64,000 nucleotides of DNA from an uncultured Nitrospiraceae bacterium (GTDB taxonomy: Bacteria > Nitrospirota > Thermodesulfovibrionia > Thermodesulfovibrionales > SM23-35): the NCBI GenBank assembly GCA_937138415.1, contig CAKZPA010000042.1, forward strand, positions 1,308-65,307, written 5' to 3'. Below, in pieces: positions 40,632 through 50,631 of the stretch. Made by a program: the position numbers and the translations under genes. The first letter of the stretch is position 1; each line of letters opens with the position of its first letter. A model generated the notes under the pieces. That model was given only the letters and a program-made list of their open reading frames with translations. It made no database searches and was not told where the DNA came from.

Positions 40632-40785
40632 CCCGCGTGACGGAAAAATGCATCTCGGCAGCGCGGATCCCGTGGGAAAGATTATTTTCGAGTAATCTCT
40701 CCGCTCTTTGCCCGTCCGCTGCTGCGGGCATCCACGCGACTGCAGGATGGTTTCTCGCGGCAGAAAAGGCGTGGGAAAAAGAGAA

Positions 40786-42231
40786 CTAACCCTTGACCAC
40801 CCCCATCGGTCTGAGTCGTGCTACCTTCCTCGAAATCCCAGCATTATGAACGACATCGACAACGTGGGATACGTCTTTGTACGCCTCGGACATCTCTTCG
40901 GCAAGGGTTTCTCTCCCCGCTGATCGCACAATAATCCCCCTGTCTTCCATCTCTCTCCAGATTGCGCGGCCCTTCGCCTTCCTGATCGCCTGATGCCTGG
41001 ACAGGACCCTCCCCGCGCCGTGACACGTGGAGCCAAAGGTCTCCTTCATAGCTTTTTCGGTGCCCAGGAGAACGAATGAAGCCCGGCCCATATCCCCGGG
41101 GATCAGCACCGGCTGGCCGAGGGGTTTGTAAATATCGGGTAGCTCGGGATGCCCGGGCGGGAAAGCGCGAGTCGCACCTTTCCGATGAACGATGAGCTTC
41201 GTCTTCCTCCCGTTCACCACGTGTTCCTCTATCTTCGCAATGTTGTGTGCGACATCATAGACGAGTTGCATGCCGAGTTGGGCCGGTGACATCCGGAAGA
41301 TGCTGCCGAATACCTCCCGAACCCAGTGCATGATACACTGGCGATTCGCCCAGGCATAGTTCGCCGCCGCCTGCATCGCGGCAAGGTAGTTTTCGGCTTC
41401 GGGGCTGCCGAAGGGTGCGCACGCGAGTTCCCTGTCGGGAAGTTCGATTTTATACCTGCTGACGGCTTTCTCCATGACTTCGAGGAAGTCGGTACACACC
41501 TGGTGCCCGAACCCCCTCGAACCGGTATGAATCATGACCGTGATCTGATGCTCGAAAAGGCCGAGAGCATTTGCCGCGCTTTCATCGTATACCTCGTCCA
41601 CAAACTGTATTTCGAGAAAATGGTTGCCGGATCCGAGCGTGCCCTGTTGGGCCCTGCCCCGTTCATACGCCTTCGCACTGATAAGAGAAGGATCCGCTCC
41701 ATCCAGGCATCCGCCCGATTCGGTTCTCTCCAGATCTTCCGCGTGTCCGAACCCCTGTTCGACCGCCCAACGGGCGCCTTTGATCAGTAGTTTTTTCTCG
41801 TTACCGGCATCGAGGCGTATCCTGCCTTTGGATCCGACACCGGACGGGATATTCGTCTGGAGGGCTGCGACAAGGTCTTTGATCACCGGTGCGACGTCAC
41901 CCTTCGTGAGGTTGCTCTTGAGCAGCCGAACCCCGCAATTGATGTCGTACCCTACTCCTCCGGGAGATATGATGCCCTCCCGCACGTCGAACGCAGCGAC
42001 GCCGCCAATCGCAAAGCCGTATCCGGTGTGAATGTCGGGCATCGCGAGGGACGACTGCACGATCCCCGGCAGCATTGCCACATTCGCCACCTGGTCGATC
42101 GATTGCGGCTCGAGATCCTGCTCGAGTACCTCATCGACGTAAATGACGCCCCTGACCTTCATGCCCGGCTTATAATCAAGCGGCACTTCTATCCTCGAGG
42201 GATCAATCCTCTTCACGTTCTCTACTGCCAT
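40786..42231 (-). CDS. rtcB: RNA 3-prime-phosphate ligase RtcB
   Basis: 481 aa with motifs GYDINCG, HTGSRGFGHQV and CHGAGR. Confidence 0.94.
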   Translation of the reverse strand: MAVENVKRIDPSRIEVPLDYKPGMKVRGVIYVDEVLEQDLEPQSIDQVANVAMLPGIVQSSLAMPDIHTGYGFAIGGVAAFDVREGIISPGGVGYDINCGVRLLKSNLTKGDVAPVIKDLVAALQTNIPSGVGSKGRIRLDAGNEKKLLIKGARWAVEQGFGHAEDLERTESGGCLDGADPSLISAKAYERGRAQQGTLGSGNHFLEIQFVDEVYDESAANALGLFEHQITVMIHTGSRGFGHQVCTDFLEVMEKAVSRYKIELPDRELACAPFGSPEAENYLAAMQAAANYAWANRQCIMHWVREVFGSIFRMSPAQLGMQLVYDVAHNIAKIEEHVVNGRKTKLIVHRKGATRAFPPGHPELPDIYKPLGQPVLIPGDMGRASFVLLGTEKAMKETFGSTCHGAGRVLSRHQAIRKAKGRAIWREMEDRGIIVRSAGRETLAEEMSEAYKDVSHVVDVVHNAGISRKVARLRPMGVVKG

Positions 42232-42248
42232 TGCGACCTCCTGTTACC

Positions 42249-42283
42249 CCCTCTGCGGGTAATGACGCGGGAGTTGCAGAGGG
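42249..42283 (-). other. 8-bp hairpin immediately upstream of the rtcB RBS
   Basis: CCCTCTGC-19 nt-GCAGAGGG. On the minus strand it ends about 4 nt before GGTAACAGGAGGTCGCAATG. Confidence 0.4.
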
Positions 42284-42421
42284 ATTGTTTTCTCCTCACG
42301 GTCCTTACTTTAATTAGTCTACCTTTTTCTCGAAATCCGGTGTAGCTTTCGCAAAGACGAATCGTGGAAGGTACGCTGCGCGCGTGAATGAGTGAGGGAG
42401 CGAACAGATGAAGAACCCGGG

Positions 42422-42886
42422 TCAAATGTCGAAAATGACGACGGCTTCCCAATGCTGGCCTTCCCTCCTTATGCTCAGCCGATGGTAGGTCGCCGCCTTA
42501 ATGAGCAGCTTCCCCTCGTGACGGATGGGATCGAAGGTCTCGCCGAACACCGACGCCTCGAGCAGAAAATCTCCCTCGCTCGCCGTTCCCGCCCCACCAG
42601 AAGAAACAGCGAGGGGAGACACGAACCGGGTAATCTCGATCCGCTTCCCGATAAATCCGTACGCATCGAAGTGGAAAATCAACTCGTTCAGCCATGAAAC
42701 GAGGAGTCCTTCCAGACTGCCGCTCTTCACGGAAACCGTGACTTCCCGGTCTTCGAGTATCCCCTCGGCGCTCGCAACGAGGCTGTACATCCCCAGCGCA
42801 GCGTGGACGAACAACTCCCTCTCGTCTCCGCCATAAACTTTTAGGCCAACGTCGCCCGCGATGTCGAGGACCTCGAATCTTTCCAT
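42422..42886 (-). CDS. archease (RtcB activator)
   Basis: 154 aa with MERFEVLDIAGDVGLKVYG... and a C-terminal KAATYHRLSI...VIFDI. Confidence 0.85.
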   Translation of the reverse strand: MERFEVLDIAGDVGLKVYGGDERELFVHAALGMYSLVASAEGILEDREVTVSVKSGSLEGLLVSWLNELIFHFDAYGFIGKRIEITRFVSPLAVSSGGAGTASEGDFLLEASVFGETFDPIRHEGKLLIKAATYHRLSIRREGQHWEAVVIFDI

Positions 42887-42925
42887 AGACGCGTGGAACG
42901 ACCACCGCCGCGTGGTTCTTGATCG

Positions 42926-43864
42926 TTACTTCTTTTGCCCCGCTTGCTGACTCTCCTCCGCAGGGGCTTTGGCTTCCCCTCCTTTATCAGATGAGCCTGC
43001 CGTTTCGTCCTTTTTCTGCTCGGCAGACAGTTTCGAGACCGCCTCCCTGTTGATTTCCACTTTATAGGTCTTCTTCAGGTTCTCTATATAGGAATCGAAA
43101 AACTCCCTCTGCTTTTCCGCGGAAAGCCGCTGGTAGAGCATCTTCTTAATCTTCTCGAACTCGACGGGTTTCCCCTTCTTCTTGTCCGTGACTTTTATGA
43201 TGTGATAACCGAATTTCGTCTTGACAGGTTCGCTGCTGATTTCTCCGACTTTCAGCTTCATCGCCGCACTCTCGAATTCGGGAACCATTTGACCGGGTGA
43301 AAAATAGCCGAGATCGCCGCCATTGGCCGCCGAACCGGGATCGATCGAGCTCTTTTTCGCGATCGAAGCGAAGTTTTCGCCCTTCTTCAGCCGCTCCAGT
43401 ACTTTCTTGGCTTCTCCCTCGGTTTTCACGAGAATGTGGCTCGCTTTGATTTGGCTCACGGAGGAGAGTTCGTCCTTGTGCGCTTCATAGTACTTCTGAA
43501 CATCTTGTTCGGTCACCTTCGACTTCGCTTCTATTTCTTTCTCCAAAAGCTGCCCGATGAGCGTCAGTTTCCTGAATTCCTCGAGCTTCCTCACAAATTC
43601 CGGGTCTTTATCGAGACCCCTTTTCGTCGCCTCCTGGTACAAGAGCTCCTTCTTGATGAGTTCATCGAGGAACTTTTCCTTGCCACCCGGCCCTTCAAAG
43701 AGCTTCTGGGCGAAATCCGGAAGGTTCTTCAAGTCCCGTTCAAGGTCAGCCTCCGTAATTTTGGTTGCGCCCACTTTTGCGAGAGAGGGCCCCTTCGTCT
43801 CCTCCTTCTTCGCGCATGCGCCGGCGAGCGAGACGACCAGAATAAAAATCATGAGCTTCTTCAT
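42926..43864 (-). CDS. parvulin-type peptidyl-prolyl isomerase, probable lipoprotein (PrsA/SurA-like)
   Basis: 312 aa with a signal/lipobox-like SLAGAC and the PpiC domain (ASHILV...GGDLGYF...FGYHIIKV). Confidence 0.85.
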   Translation of the reverse strand: MKKLMIFILVVSLAGACAKKEETKGPSLAKVGATKITEADLERDLKNLPDFAQKLFEGPGGKEKFLDELIKKELLYQEATKRGLDKDPEFVRKLEEFRKLTLIGQLLEKEIEAKSKVTEQDVQKYYEAHKDELSSVSQIKASHILVKTEGEAKKVLERLKKGENFASIAKKSSIDPGSAANGGDLGYFSPGQMVPEFESAAMKLKVGEISSEPVKTKFGYHIIKVTDKKKGKPVEFEKIKKMLYQRLSAEKQREFFDSYIENLKKTYKVEINREAVSKLSAEQKKDETAGSSDKGGEAKAPAEESQQAGQKK

Positions 43865-43916
43865 CGAATCCTCCTCAGATCAAATTTCCCTTTTTATAGC
43901 ACAAGACGCCCTCTTT

Positions 43917-43945
43917 TTGACACATCATTGTATTTGTGATAGATT
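43917..43945 (+). promoter_or_regulatory. putative sigma70 promoter for hemL (TTGACA-17 nt-TGaTAGATT)
   Basis: A perfect -35 at 43917-43922, a 17-nt spacer ending in TG, and a -10 TAGATT at 43940-43945. It lies about 20 nt upstream of the ATG, with an AGGTG RBS. Confidence 0.5.
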
Positions 43946-43966
43946 ACGAGAACCTTCAGGTGCTTC

Positions 43967-45253
43967 ATGGAACGACGGAGATCGCGCCGATTATACGAGC
44001 ATGCCACGCGGCTCATTCCCGGGGGTGTCAACAGCCCTGTGCGGGCGTTCCGCGCCGTTGGAGGCAATCCGCTTTTCATCGAGCGGGGGCGGGGATCGAA
44101 GATCTACGACGTCGACGGAAATGCGTACATCGACTACGTGCTCTCCTGGGGTCCTCTCATCCTTGGCCACGCCCACCCGCAGGTGGTCAGCGCGCTGAAA
44201 AAGGCCGCGGAGAAAGGAACGAGTTATGGCGCGCCGACGGCCCTTGAAGTAGAGCTCGCACGGCTCGTCCTCAAGGCGTATCCTTCCATGGACAAGGTCC
44301 GCTTCGTCAATTCGGGGACCGAAGCGACCATGAGCGCTATCCGTGTTGCACGGGGGTTCACCGGCCGCGATAGGATCATCAAATTCGAAGGCTGCTACCA
44401 TGGTCACGCCGATGGCCTCTTAGTGAAGGCGGGATCAGGCGCCGCCACCTTCGGTGTGCCGGACAGTCCGGGCGTTCCGAAGTCGTACGCGCGGAACACG
44501 ATAACGCTCCCCTTTAATGATATCGAGGCTTTGAAGAGAACCGTCACGAGCGAGTGGAAATCGCTCGCGTGTGTGATCGTCGAGCCGGTCGTGGGAAACA
44601 TTGGGTGCGTCCTGCCGAGACCGCGTTTCCTCGAAACATTGAGAAGGTTGACGGCCGAGTACGGCATCGTGCTCATTTTCGACGAAGTGATGACGGGGTT
44701 CAGGGTCGCTTTTGGCGGCGCGCAGGCGGTCTACGGCATAAAACCGGATATGACGTGTCTTGGCAAAATAATCGGAGGCGGCTTGCCAGTCGGCGCGTAT
44801 GGTGGGCGAAAGGAAATCATGTCCGTCGTCTCCCCCGAGGGTCCCGTGTATCAAGCGGGGACTCTCTCGGGAAACCCGCTCGCGATGACCGCGGGGATAA
44901 CGACGTTGAGGATACTTTCGAAATCCGGCATCTATGAGAAGCTCGAACAGCGGGCAGCCCGACTGGAAAAAGGCCTCGTCGACGCAGCCCGGGGAGCACA
45001 GGTAAAGACGCGCTTCTACCGCGCAGGAACAATGTTCTGCTGCTACTTTACCGATACCGAGGTGTACGATTATCGAACCGCCAAAACTGCGGACACGGAG
45101 AGATTCGCGCGCTTCTTCAATGCCATGCTCGATCGCGGCGTTTACCTCGCGCCGTCCCAGTTCGAAGCGGGGTTCCTCTCCCTCGCCCATTCGGAGAAGG
45201 ACATCGAAAAGACCATCGCGTCTGCGTACGATTCGCTCCGCGCGATTCAATAG
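43967..45253 (+). CDS. hemL: glutamate-1-semialdehyde 2,1-aminomutase
   Basis: 428 aa with [19 protein letters not shown] and the [12 protein letters not shown]-lysine motif. Confidence 0.95.
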   Translation: MERRRSRRLYEHATRLIPGGVNSPVRAFRAVGGNPLFIERGRGSKIYDVDGNAYIDYVLSWGPLILGHAHPQVVSALKKAAEKGTSYGAPTALEVELARLVLKAYPSMDKVRFVNSGTEATMSAIRVARGFTGRDRIIKFEGCYHGHADGLLVKAGSGAATFGVPDSPGVPKSYARNTITLPFNDIEALKRTVTSEWKSLACVIVEPVVGNIGCVLPRPRFLETLRRLTAEYGIVLIFDEVMTGFRVAFGGAQAVYGIKPDMTCLGKIIGGGLPVGAYGGRKEIMSVVSPEGPVYQAGTLSGNPLAMTAGITTLRILSKSGIYEKLEQRAARLEKGLVDAARGAQVKTRFYRAGTMFCCYFTDTEVYDYRTAKTADTERFARFFNAMLDRGVYLAPSQFEAGFLSLAHSEKDIEKTIASAYDSLRAIQ

Positions 45254-45269
45254 AAAATCGGCCTGTCTT

Positions 45270-45515
45270 ATGCCAGACAAATCGTTTCTCAGAAATCTCC
45301 TCGAAGCGAGCACCATCGGTCTGAATCTCGTGCTCGCGACATTCATCGGCCTCGCCATGGGATACGGGCTCGATTACGCAATGGAAAAATGGTTCGGCTG
45401 GCATACGAAACCCTGGCTAACGATCATATTCCTTTTCCTCGGCATCATTGCGGGGTTCAGGGAACTCCTCCGAACCGCGAAGAAGGCGACGAATGAATCT
45501 CAGAAGAATTTATAG
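45270..45515 (+). CDS. AtpZ/AtpI-family small membrane protein
   Basis: 81 aa from MPDKSFLRNLLEASTIGLNLV..., with two TM helices, similar to the small protein preceding atpI in F-ATPase operons. Confidence 0.55.
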   Translation: MPDKSFLRNLLEASTIGLNLVLATFIGLAMGYGLDYAMEKWFGWHTKPWLTIIFLFLGIIAGFRELLRTAKKATNESQKNL

Positions 45516-45897
45516 GCAGGGCTTCATCGTACTCACTCTGCTTGCGGCCGCAGCCGCCCCGCTCGATTGGAAGAAGCTCCCCGTGAGTATCTTCGTCGGC
45601 GGCGCGCTCGGTCTCGCGAATCTGAAGGGTCTCGCGTGGGGTCTCCGCGACTTCGCGGTCGCCAGGCCGACGGGGAGGGTGATCTTCTGGAGCATGGTGC
45701 GGTTCTTCATCCTCGGCACGATTTTGTTCATTCTTGCACTGTTGAAGGTGATCAATTTCATCGGCATCCTGATCGGCTTCACGGTCGTCTTCGCGCTTAT
45801 CTTGAAAGAAGGGCTGCACACGGCGCGGTCGTACGCACAAAATGATTTGGGCGACGAACCGCGACAACCGACGGATCTGTCGGATACGAAACGATAA
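45493..45897 (+). CDS. ATP synthase protein I-like membrane protein
   Basis: 134 aa from MNLRRIYRQGF..., with 4 hydrophobic segments and GGALGLANLKGLAWGL as in AtpI. It overlaps the preceding ORF by 23 nt. Confidence 0.5.
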   Translation: MNLRRIYRQGFIVLTLLAAAAAPLDWKKLPVSIFVGGALGLANLKGLAWGLRDFAVARPTGRVIFWSMVRFFILGTILFILALLKVINFIGILIGFTVVFALILKEGLHTARSYAQNDLGDEPRQPTDLSDTKR

Positions 45898-45955
45898 GCG
45901 GTTTCTCGCTCAGGAAAGGAAGGGTTTGGAGAATACCGAGAGGAGGAAGACAGGA

Positions 45956-46516
45956 ATGGACACGCAGGATTTACTGAGAAAAGCGCAGATACTCTTCGCC
46001 GAGGGAAAGGATAAAGAGAGCATCGAGGCGTTCACGGAAGCGCTCGAGGCGGGCGCGGATCCATACCTCTCTCACCTGAGCAGGGGTGTCGGTTACGTGA
46101 AAACGAACGATATCGACAAGGCGTTAAGCGACTTCAACGAAGCGATTGCCGCGAACAGCCAAAGTGCGAGGGCGTACTTTTTCCGGGGAATCGTCTATAT
46201 GATGAAGAGCGAGTTCGAAAACGCAGTCGCTGACTTCACGAGCGCCCTGCGACACAAGAGCGACTATGGCATGGCGAAGTTCTGCCGTGCCGTGTCGAAC
46301 GCCCGAATAGGGAAATTCGAGGAATCCTCGGAAGACATGCGGTCGGTTCTCCCGCAGATGGAAACGAATCTCCAGAGCTTTGCGGACACCTACGGCATTG
46401 TCCGGACCGAAATGTGGAAAGTCATGGCGCAGATCTCGGGAGATGCGAGAACCTCGGCATTCTCGCTGAGCGAAAACGAACTCGACACGTTAAAGAAGTG
46501 GCTTGACGAGGAGTAG
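45956..46516 (+). CDS. tetratricopeptide-repeat protein
   Basis: 186 aa from MDTQDLLRKAQILF..., with an AGGAGG RBS and 3-4 TPR units (A..YF.RG..Y pattern). Confidence 0.75.
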   Translation: MDTQDLLRKAQILFAEGKDKESIEAFTEALEAGADPYLSHLSRGVGYVKTNDIDKALSDFNEAIAANSQSARAYFFRGIVYMMKSEFENAVADFTSALRHKSDYGMAKFCRAVSNARIGKFEESSEDMRSVLPQMETNLQSFADTYGIVRTEMWKVMAQISGDARTSAFSLSENELDTLKKWLDEE

Positions 46517-46533
46517 CAACGCCCGCTGCGCTA

Positions 46534-47958
46534 CTAGGAGAGCCAGTGTAACTGCTTGAGCAGCCGGAGCCGGCAGGGGTGCTTGAGCTTGCGCATCGCT
46601 TTCACCTCGATCTGCCGGACCCGCTCTCTCGTAATCGAGAGGTGCTTCCCTATCTCGTCGAGGGTGTGATCTCTGTCGACGCCGATACCGAATCGCATCC
46701 GTATCACGAGTTCTTCTCTCGGATTGAGCGCCGTCTTCAGAATTTTGAGCAAGGCATCCACCGTCTTGTTCCGTTCGGTGCCCTCGCACGGCGAATAACT
46801 GTTGTCGCCGACAAAATCTTCGAGCGTCGCCTCGTCATCGCCCACAGGGGTCTGCAGGGTGATCGGGTCCTGGACGGCTTTCAGAATGCCTTCGACCTTC
46901 CTGACCGGCATGCCCACTTTGCGGGCAATTTCCTCCATTTCCGGCTCCCTGCCCAATTGCTGGGTCAACGCTCTCGCCGCGTTGCTTATCTTGTTGTTCA
47001 ATTCCATTAGGTGGACGGGGATACGGATCGTCTTCGTCTGTTCGACGAGGGCTCGGGTAATCGCCTGCTTGATCCACCACGTCGCGTACGTGCTGAACTT
47101 GAACCCCATCGTGTAGTCGAATCGGTCGATCGCCTTGATCAGCCCGATATTCCCTTCCTGGATAAGGTCGAGGAGGGAAAGACCCCGCCCGATGTAGTGC
47201 TTCGCGATGTTGATCACCAGCCGTAGATTGTGGATGATGAGTTCATTCTTCGCTCTCGACACCACCTCCCGCGCAAGCGCAACCTGCTCGTACTTCTTTT
47301 TCAGATCGTCTATGCCCACCCCGACTTCTGACTCGATCCTCTTCCGTTTCTCCTCCAATTCCCGATGAGACACGCTGCGCATCCTCGTCCTGCGCGGGCT
47401 ACGCTTCTTTCTCCCTTTCCCGTCAGCGAACCGGGCGTCCTCCGGATCGAATATCCGCGCTTCGATGTCGGCCACCTCCTCCATCAAATGATCGAGCCGT
47501 TCGAGGCTTCTTCTGAGGGCCTGATCCGCGATATCGTTATCGACGCTGTCATCGTCTTCGGACACCTCAGATTCGATCGTATCGAGGACTCTCTTATAGA
47601 GAGGGAGGACCGTCACCGTCTTTTGAATGATCTCTTTCCCCGCTTCTATCCTCAACGCAAGCCCCATTTCCTCGTCTCTCGTGAGGATCGAGATATCCCC
47701 CATGGACTGGAAGTACGCCTTAATCAGGTCGTCTGATTTGTCGTGTGTTCCCTTTTCTTCCCGAAGGTCCTCATCGATCAGACCATCCTCAGCGCCAGTT
47801 GCCTGAACCCCTACTTCCTGAAGAAGGCTCGTCACATCCTCTTCTCTTTCGCTGAGAGAAGCGGTTTGGTCGACCGTACACCCTTTCTCGTCGCGGAGAG
47901 CACATCCTCGAGCGTTTTTCACGGTTGGCCCGTCTTGAAAGATATCCCAATCCATCAT
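46534..47958 (-). CDS. rpoD: RNA polymerase sigma-70 family primary-like sigma factor
   Basis: 474 aa with regions 1.2-4.2: IHNLRLVINIAKHY, FSTYATWWIKQAI and LDEIGKHLSITRERVRQIEVKAMRKLK. It ends in a tandem TAG TAG stop. Confidence 0.9.
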   Translation of the reverse strand: MMDWDIFQDGPTVKNARGCALRDEKGCTVDQTASLSEREEDVTSLLQEVGVQATGAEDGLIDEDLREEKGTHDKSDDLIKAYFQSMGDISILTRDEEMGLALRIEAGKEIIQKTVTVLPLYKRVLDTIESEVSEDDDSVDNDIADQALRRSLERLDHLMEEVADIEARIFDPEDARFADGKGRKKRSPRRTRMRSVSHRELEEKRKRIESEVGVGIDDLKKKYEQVALAREVVSRAKNELIIHNLRLVINIAKHYIGRGLSLLDLIQEGNIGLIKAIDRFDYTMGFKFSTYATWWIKQAITRALVEQTKTIRIPVHLMELNNKISNAARALTQQLGREPEMEEIARKVGMPVRKVEGILKAVQDPITLQTPVGDDEATLEDFVGDNSYSPCEGTERNKTVDALLKILKTALNPREELVIRMRFGIGVDRDHTLDEIGKHLSITRERVRQIEVKAMRKLKHPCRLRLLKQLHWLS

Positions 47959-48007
47959 CGCATGGCTCTCGGCGCGGTCTTGCCCCTACCGGCAAAGCAC
48001 CCCTTTT

Positions 48008-48178
48008 TTATTTCTTGGATTTCTGAACCCTGTGATTGACCTGCGACATGAGCGAAGACGCTTCGTACCCGATTTCATCCAGAACGTTCGACGAATGTTT
48101 TCGGGCCGAATCTTTCTGCTTCGCTTTGCTGCTCAAATGCAATCCCTTGAGTCGATTCACCATGCCTTTGACGATCAC
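48008..48178 (-). CDS. candidate small basic protein (56 aa)
   Basis: GTG start with a GGAAGGAG RBS 6-7 nt upstream. Sequence is MIVKGMVNRLKGLHLSSKAKQKDSARKHSSNVLDEIGYEASSLMSQVNHRVQKSKK. It lies between cysK and rpoD on the same strand. No family recognised. Confidence 0.3.
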   Translation of the reverse strand: MIVKGMVNRLKGLHLSSKAKQKDSARKHSSNVLDEIGYEASSLMSQVNHRVQKSKK

Positions 48179-48290
48179 CGTTCGATCTCCTTCCGAACCC
48201 GCGTTTCACTATGCCATGTCAAGACTAAGCAATTGATATGCCATTTTCCTGAGATAAGAGATGCGCGCCGAACGGCTCTGACCGGCAGAG

Positions 48291-49229
48291 CTATTCCCTG
48301 AAGAGATCCGTACTGAGGTAACGTTCCCCCGTGCTCGGGAGAATGACAACGATGACTTTGCCAGCGTTTTCCGGACGCCTCGCAACGGTGAGAGCCGCCC
48401 AGGCCGCCGCACCCGATGAAATACCGCACAGAATCCCTTCGATCTTAGCGAGAGATCTCGCTGTCTCGAAAGCGTCTTCGTCCCGTACGGTGATGATCTC
48501 ATCGATGAGAGACGCGTCGAGTACCGCCGGAACAAATCCCGCACCGATGCCCTGGATCCGGTGGGAACCCGGTTTTCCGCCGGAGAGGATGGGCGATCCC
48601 GCCGGTTCGACCGCGATCGCCCGAAGAGAAGCTTTCCTTTTTTTGAGAACGTGGGCGGTACCGGTGATCGTCCCCCCTGTGCCGACGCCTGACACAAGAA
48701 TATCGATCGCTCCGGCCGTGTCCCTCCAGATTTCCTCCGCGGTCGTTCGTCGGTGTGCGTCGGGGTTTGCCGGATTGCTGAACTGATCAGGCATGAAAGC
48801 GTCCGGAATGCTCGCAAGGAGTTCTTTCGCCTTTTGTATGGCGCCCCTCATGCCGTCGGGGCCGGGCGTCAGGACGAGTTCGGCCCCGAGGTGCCGCAAA
48901 AGTTTTCGGCGCTCGAGGCTCATCGTTTCAGGCATGGTGAGCACAACCCGATAGCCCCGCACCGCGCCGACAAAAGCGAGGGCAATCCCCGTGTTCCCGC
49001 TCGTCGGCTCGATGATCGTCGCCCCTCTCCGCAGGAGTCCCGCCTCTTCCGCCGCGCGTATCATCGCCAATCCAATGCGATCTTTAACGCTGCCGAGGGG
49101 ATTTTTCGATTCCAGTTTGCCGAGGACCGTCGCCCGGAGGCCGTGCGCGAAGCGGTCCAGCCTCACCAAAGGCGTATTGCCGATGGTTTCGGTGATGTCG
49201 CGCGCGACGTTCGGCAGCGCCACGTTCAC
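48291..49229 (-). CDS. cysK: cysteine synthase A (O-acetylserine sulfhydrylase)
   Basis: 312 aa with [28 protein letters not shown] and [10 protein letters not shown] motifs. It overlaps the cysE stop. Confidence 0.93.
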   Translation of the reverse strand: MNVALPNVARDITETIGNTPLVRLDRFAHGLRATVLGKLESKNPLGSVKDRIGLAMIRAAEEAGLLRRGATIIEPTSGNTGIALAFVGAVRGYRVVLTMPETMSLERRKLLRHLGAELVLTPGPDGMRGAIQKAKELLASIPDAFMPDQFSNPANPDAHRRTTAEEIWRDTAGAIDILVSGVGTGGTITGTAHVLKKRKASLRAIAVEPAGSPILSGGKPGSHRIQGIGAGFVPAVLDASLIDEIITVRDEDAFETARSLAKIEGILCGISSGAAAWAALTVARRPENAGKVIVVILPSTGERYLSTDLFRE

Positions 49230-50206
49230 GGCTTAAAAATGAGTTCGGGTTTCTTGAGGAAGACTTTCGTATCGGGCGGCACCGACTCGGTTATCCACAC
49301 GTTCCCGCCGATGACGGACCGCGCGCCAATCACCGCCTCTCCGCCCAATATCGTTACCCCTGCGTAGATAATGACGTCGTCCTCGATCGTGGGGTGTCGC
49401 TTTTTGCTCCGGAGCTTTTCGACCGCGTCCTTCGGAAGGGAAAGGGCGCCCAGTGTGACGCCCTGATAGATTCTGACCCGATTTCCGATATCCGTCGTTT
49501 CACCGATGACGACACCGGTTCCGTGATCGATAAAAAAGCTCTCTCCGATGCGCGCGCCGGGGTGAATGTCAATTCCCGTCAAACTATGGGCGTATTCCGT
49601 CATGATTCTCGGAATTAATGAGACGCCCTGCACGTGGAGTTCGTGCGCTATTCTATAGACGGTAATGGCGAACAGCCCAGGATAACTAAAAATGATCTCG
49701 TCGTAACCCTTCGCCGCAGGATCCCCTTCGTAAGCCGCACGAATATCCTTCGCGAGCAATGCGCGGAGGCGGGGGAGTTCACGCAGAAAGCGGATCGCGA
49801 TCTCCTGACCGCGTTCTTCGCAGTCGTCGCACTCCATGCGATGGCGACGGCATTCGTGCCGGATCGCGAGAGCGATCTGTTCCGAAAGAGATTCGAAGAG
49901 TTGCGTGACTTCCTGGCCGAAGTAGTAGCCGAGATTCATCGCGTCGATCCGGGTACGGGAAAAATAGCCGGGATAGAGTATTCGGCACGTACGATGGATG
50001 ATGTCGATAATCGCCTCTTTGGAGGGGAGCGGCTCGATGTCGACGTGATCGAAGCATTCGCCCGTCTTACACGACTCGACCAATTTCTCCACGATGTCCG
50101 GTATCTTTTCCCGAAAGCGCTTGGTATCCTCTTTTCTCACGCCGCACTGCTCGTGGCCCCTTTCTACCATGACCCGTTCACCTCCGTGGAACGTCCTCCC
50201 GGCCAC
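49226..50206 (-). CDS. cysE: serine O-acetyltransferase (long N-terminal form)
   Basis: Hexapeptide core [40 protein letters not shown]. The true start may be the MVERGH... codon at 50170. Confidence 0.88.
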   Translation of the reverse strand: MAGRTFHGGERVMVERGHEQCGVRKEDTKRFREKIPDIVEKLVESCKTGECFDHVDIEPLPSKEAIIDIIHRTCRILYPGYFSRTRIDAMNLGYYFGQEVTQLFESLSEQIALAIRHECRRHRMECDDCEERGQEIAIRFLRELPRLRALLAKDIRAAYEGDPAAKGYDEIIFSYPGLFAITVYRIAHELHVQGVSLIPRIMTEYAHSLTGIDIHPGARIGESFFIDHGTGVVIGETTDIGNRVRIYQGVTLGALSLPKDAVEKLRSKKRHPTIEDDVIIYAGVTILGGEAVIGARSVIGGNVWITESVPPDTKVFLKKPELIFKP

Positions 50207-50334
50207 CCGCGAAAATGCTCGCCGAGCGTTTGTCCGTTATTGTAGCGTATCCTTCGGAAGGCGGCAAGGTGAAGCCCGTTACGGCCTCCGCGCTACCCTT
50301 TTCGGCAGAGAAAAGATATAATGTCTCGGTTTCG

Positions 50335-50631
50335 ATGGGAAACGTCGGGCGCATGTTCATTCTGAACGGTTTCCGGGGGACACCGGTTGACATCGATTTC
50401 CATAACGGCGACCTGCTCGCGGTGCTCAACCTCCTCGCGGATACCGCACGGTATGATGGATTCGCCGTTATCGTGGACAGCGATATCCGGGGAAAGATAC
50501 AGATCAAAATGCACGAACCGTGGAATATCATCCTCGTCGAAATATTAGCGGGTGTCAATTTTATCACGACCGTCGTGAATCACAGTATCATCATTTCGTA
50601 TAACTTGACGCTGAGCTGCGAGCTCAACTGA
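50335..50631 (+). CDS. stand-alone secretin N-terminal (N0/Secretin_N-like) domain protein or gene fragment
   Basis: About 98 aa from MGNVGRMF... The segment VDIDFHNGDLLAVLNLLADTA...VDSDIRGKIQIKMHEPWNIILVEIL matches the PilQ/GspD N-domain pattern. There is no signal peptide and no secretin C-domain. Confidence 0.4.
   Translation: MGNVGRMFILNGFRGTPVDIDFHNGDLLAVLNLLADTARYDGFAVIVDSDIRGKIQIKMHEPWNIILVEILAGVNFITTVVNHSIIISYNLTLSCELN

Noticed and set aside
42232-42421. A sigma54 (-24 GG / -12 GC) promoter upstream of rtcB, as in RtcR-controlled operons.
   Set aside because: The closest match (TTCCACG-N8-TTTGCG) lacks the GG dinucleotide and has the wrong spacing. No rtcR is nearby.
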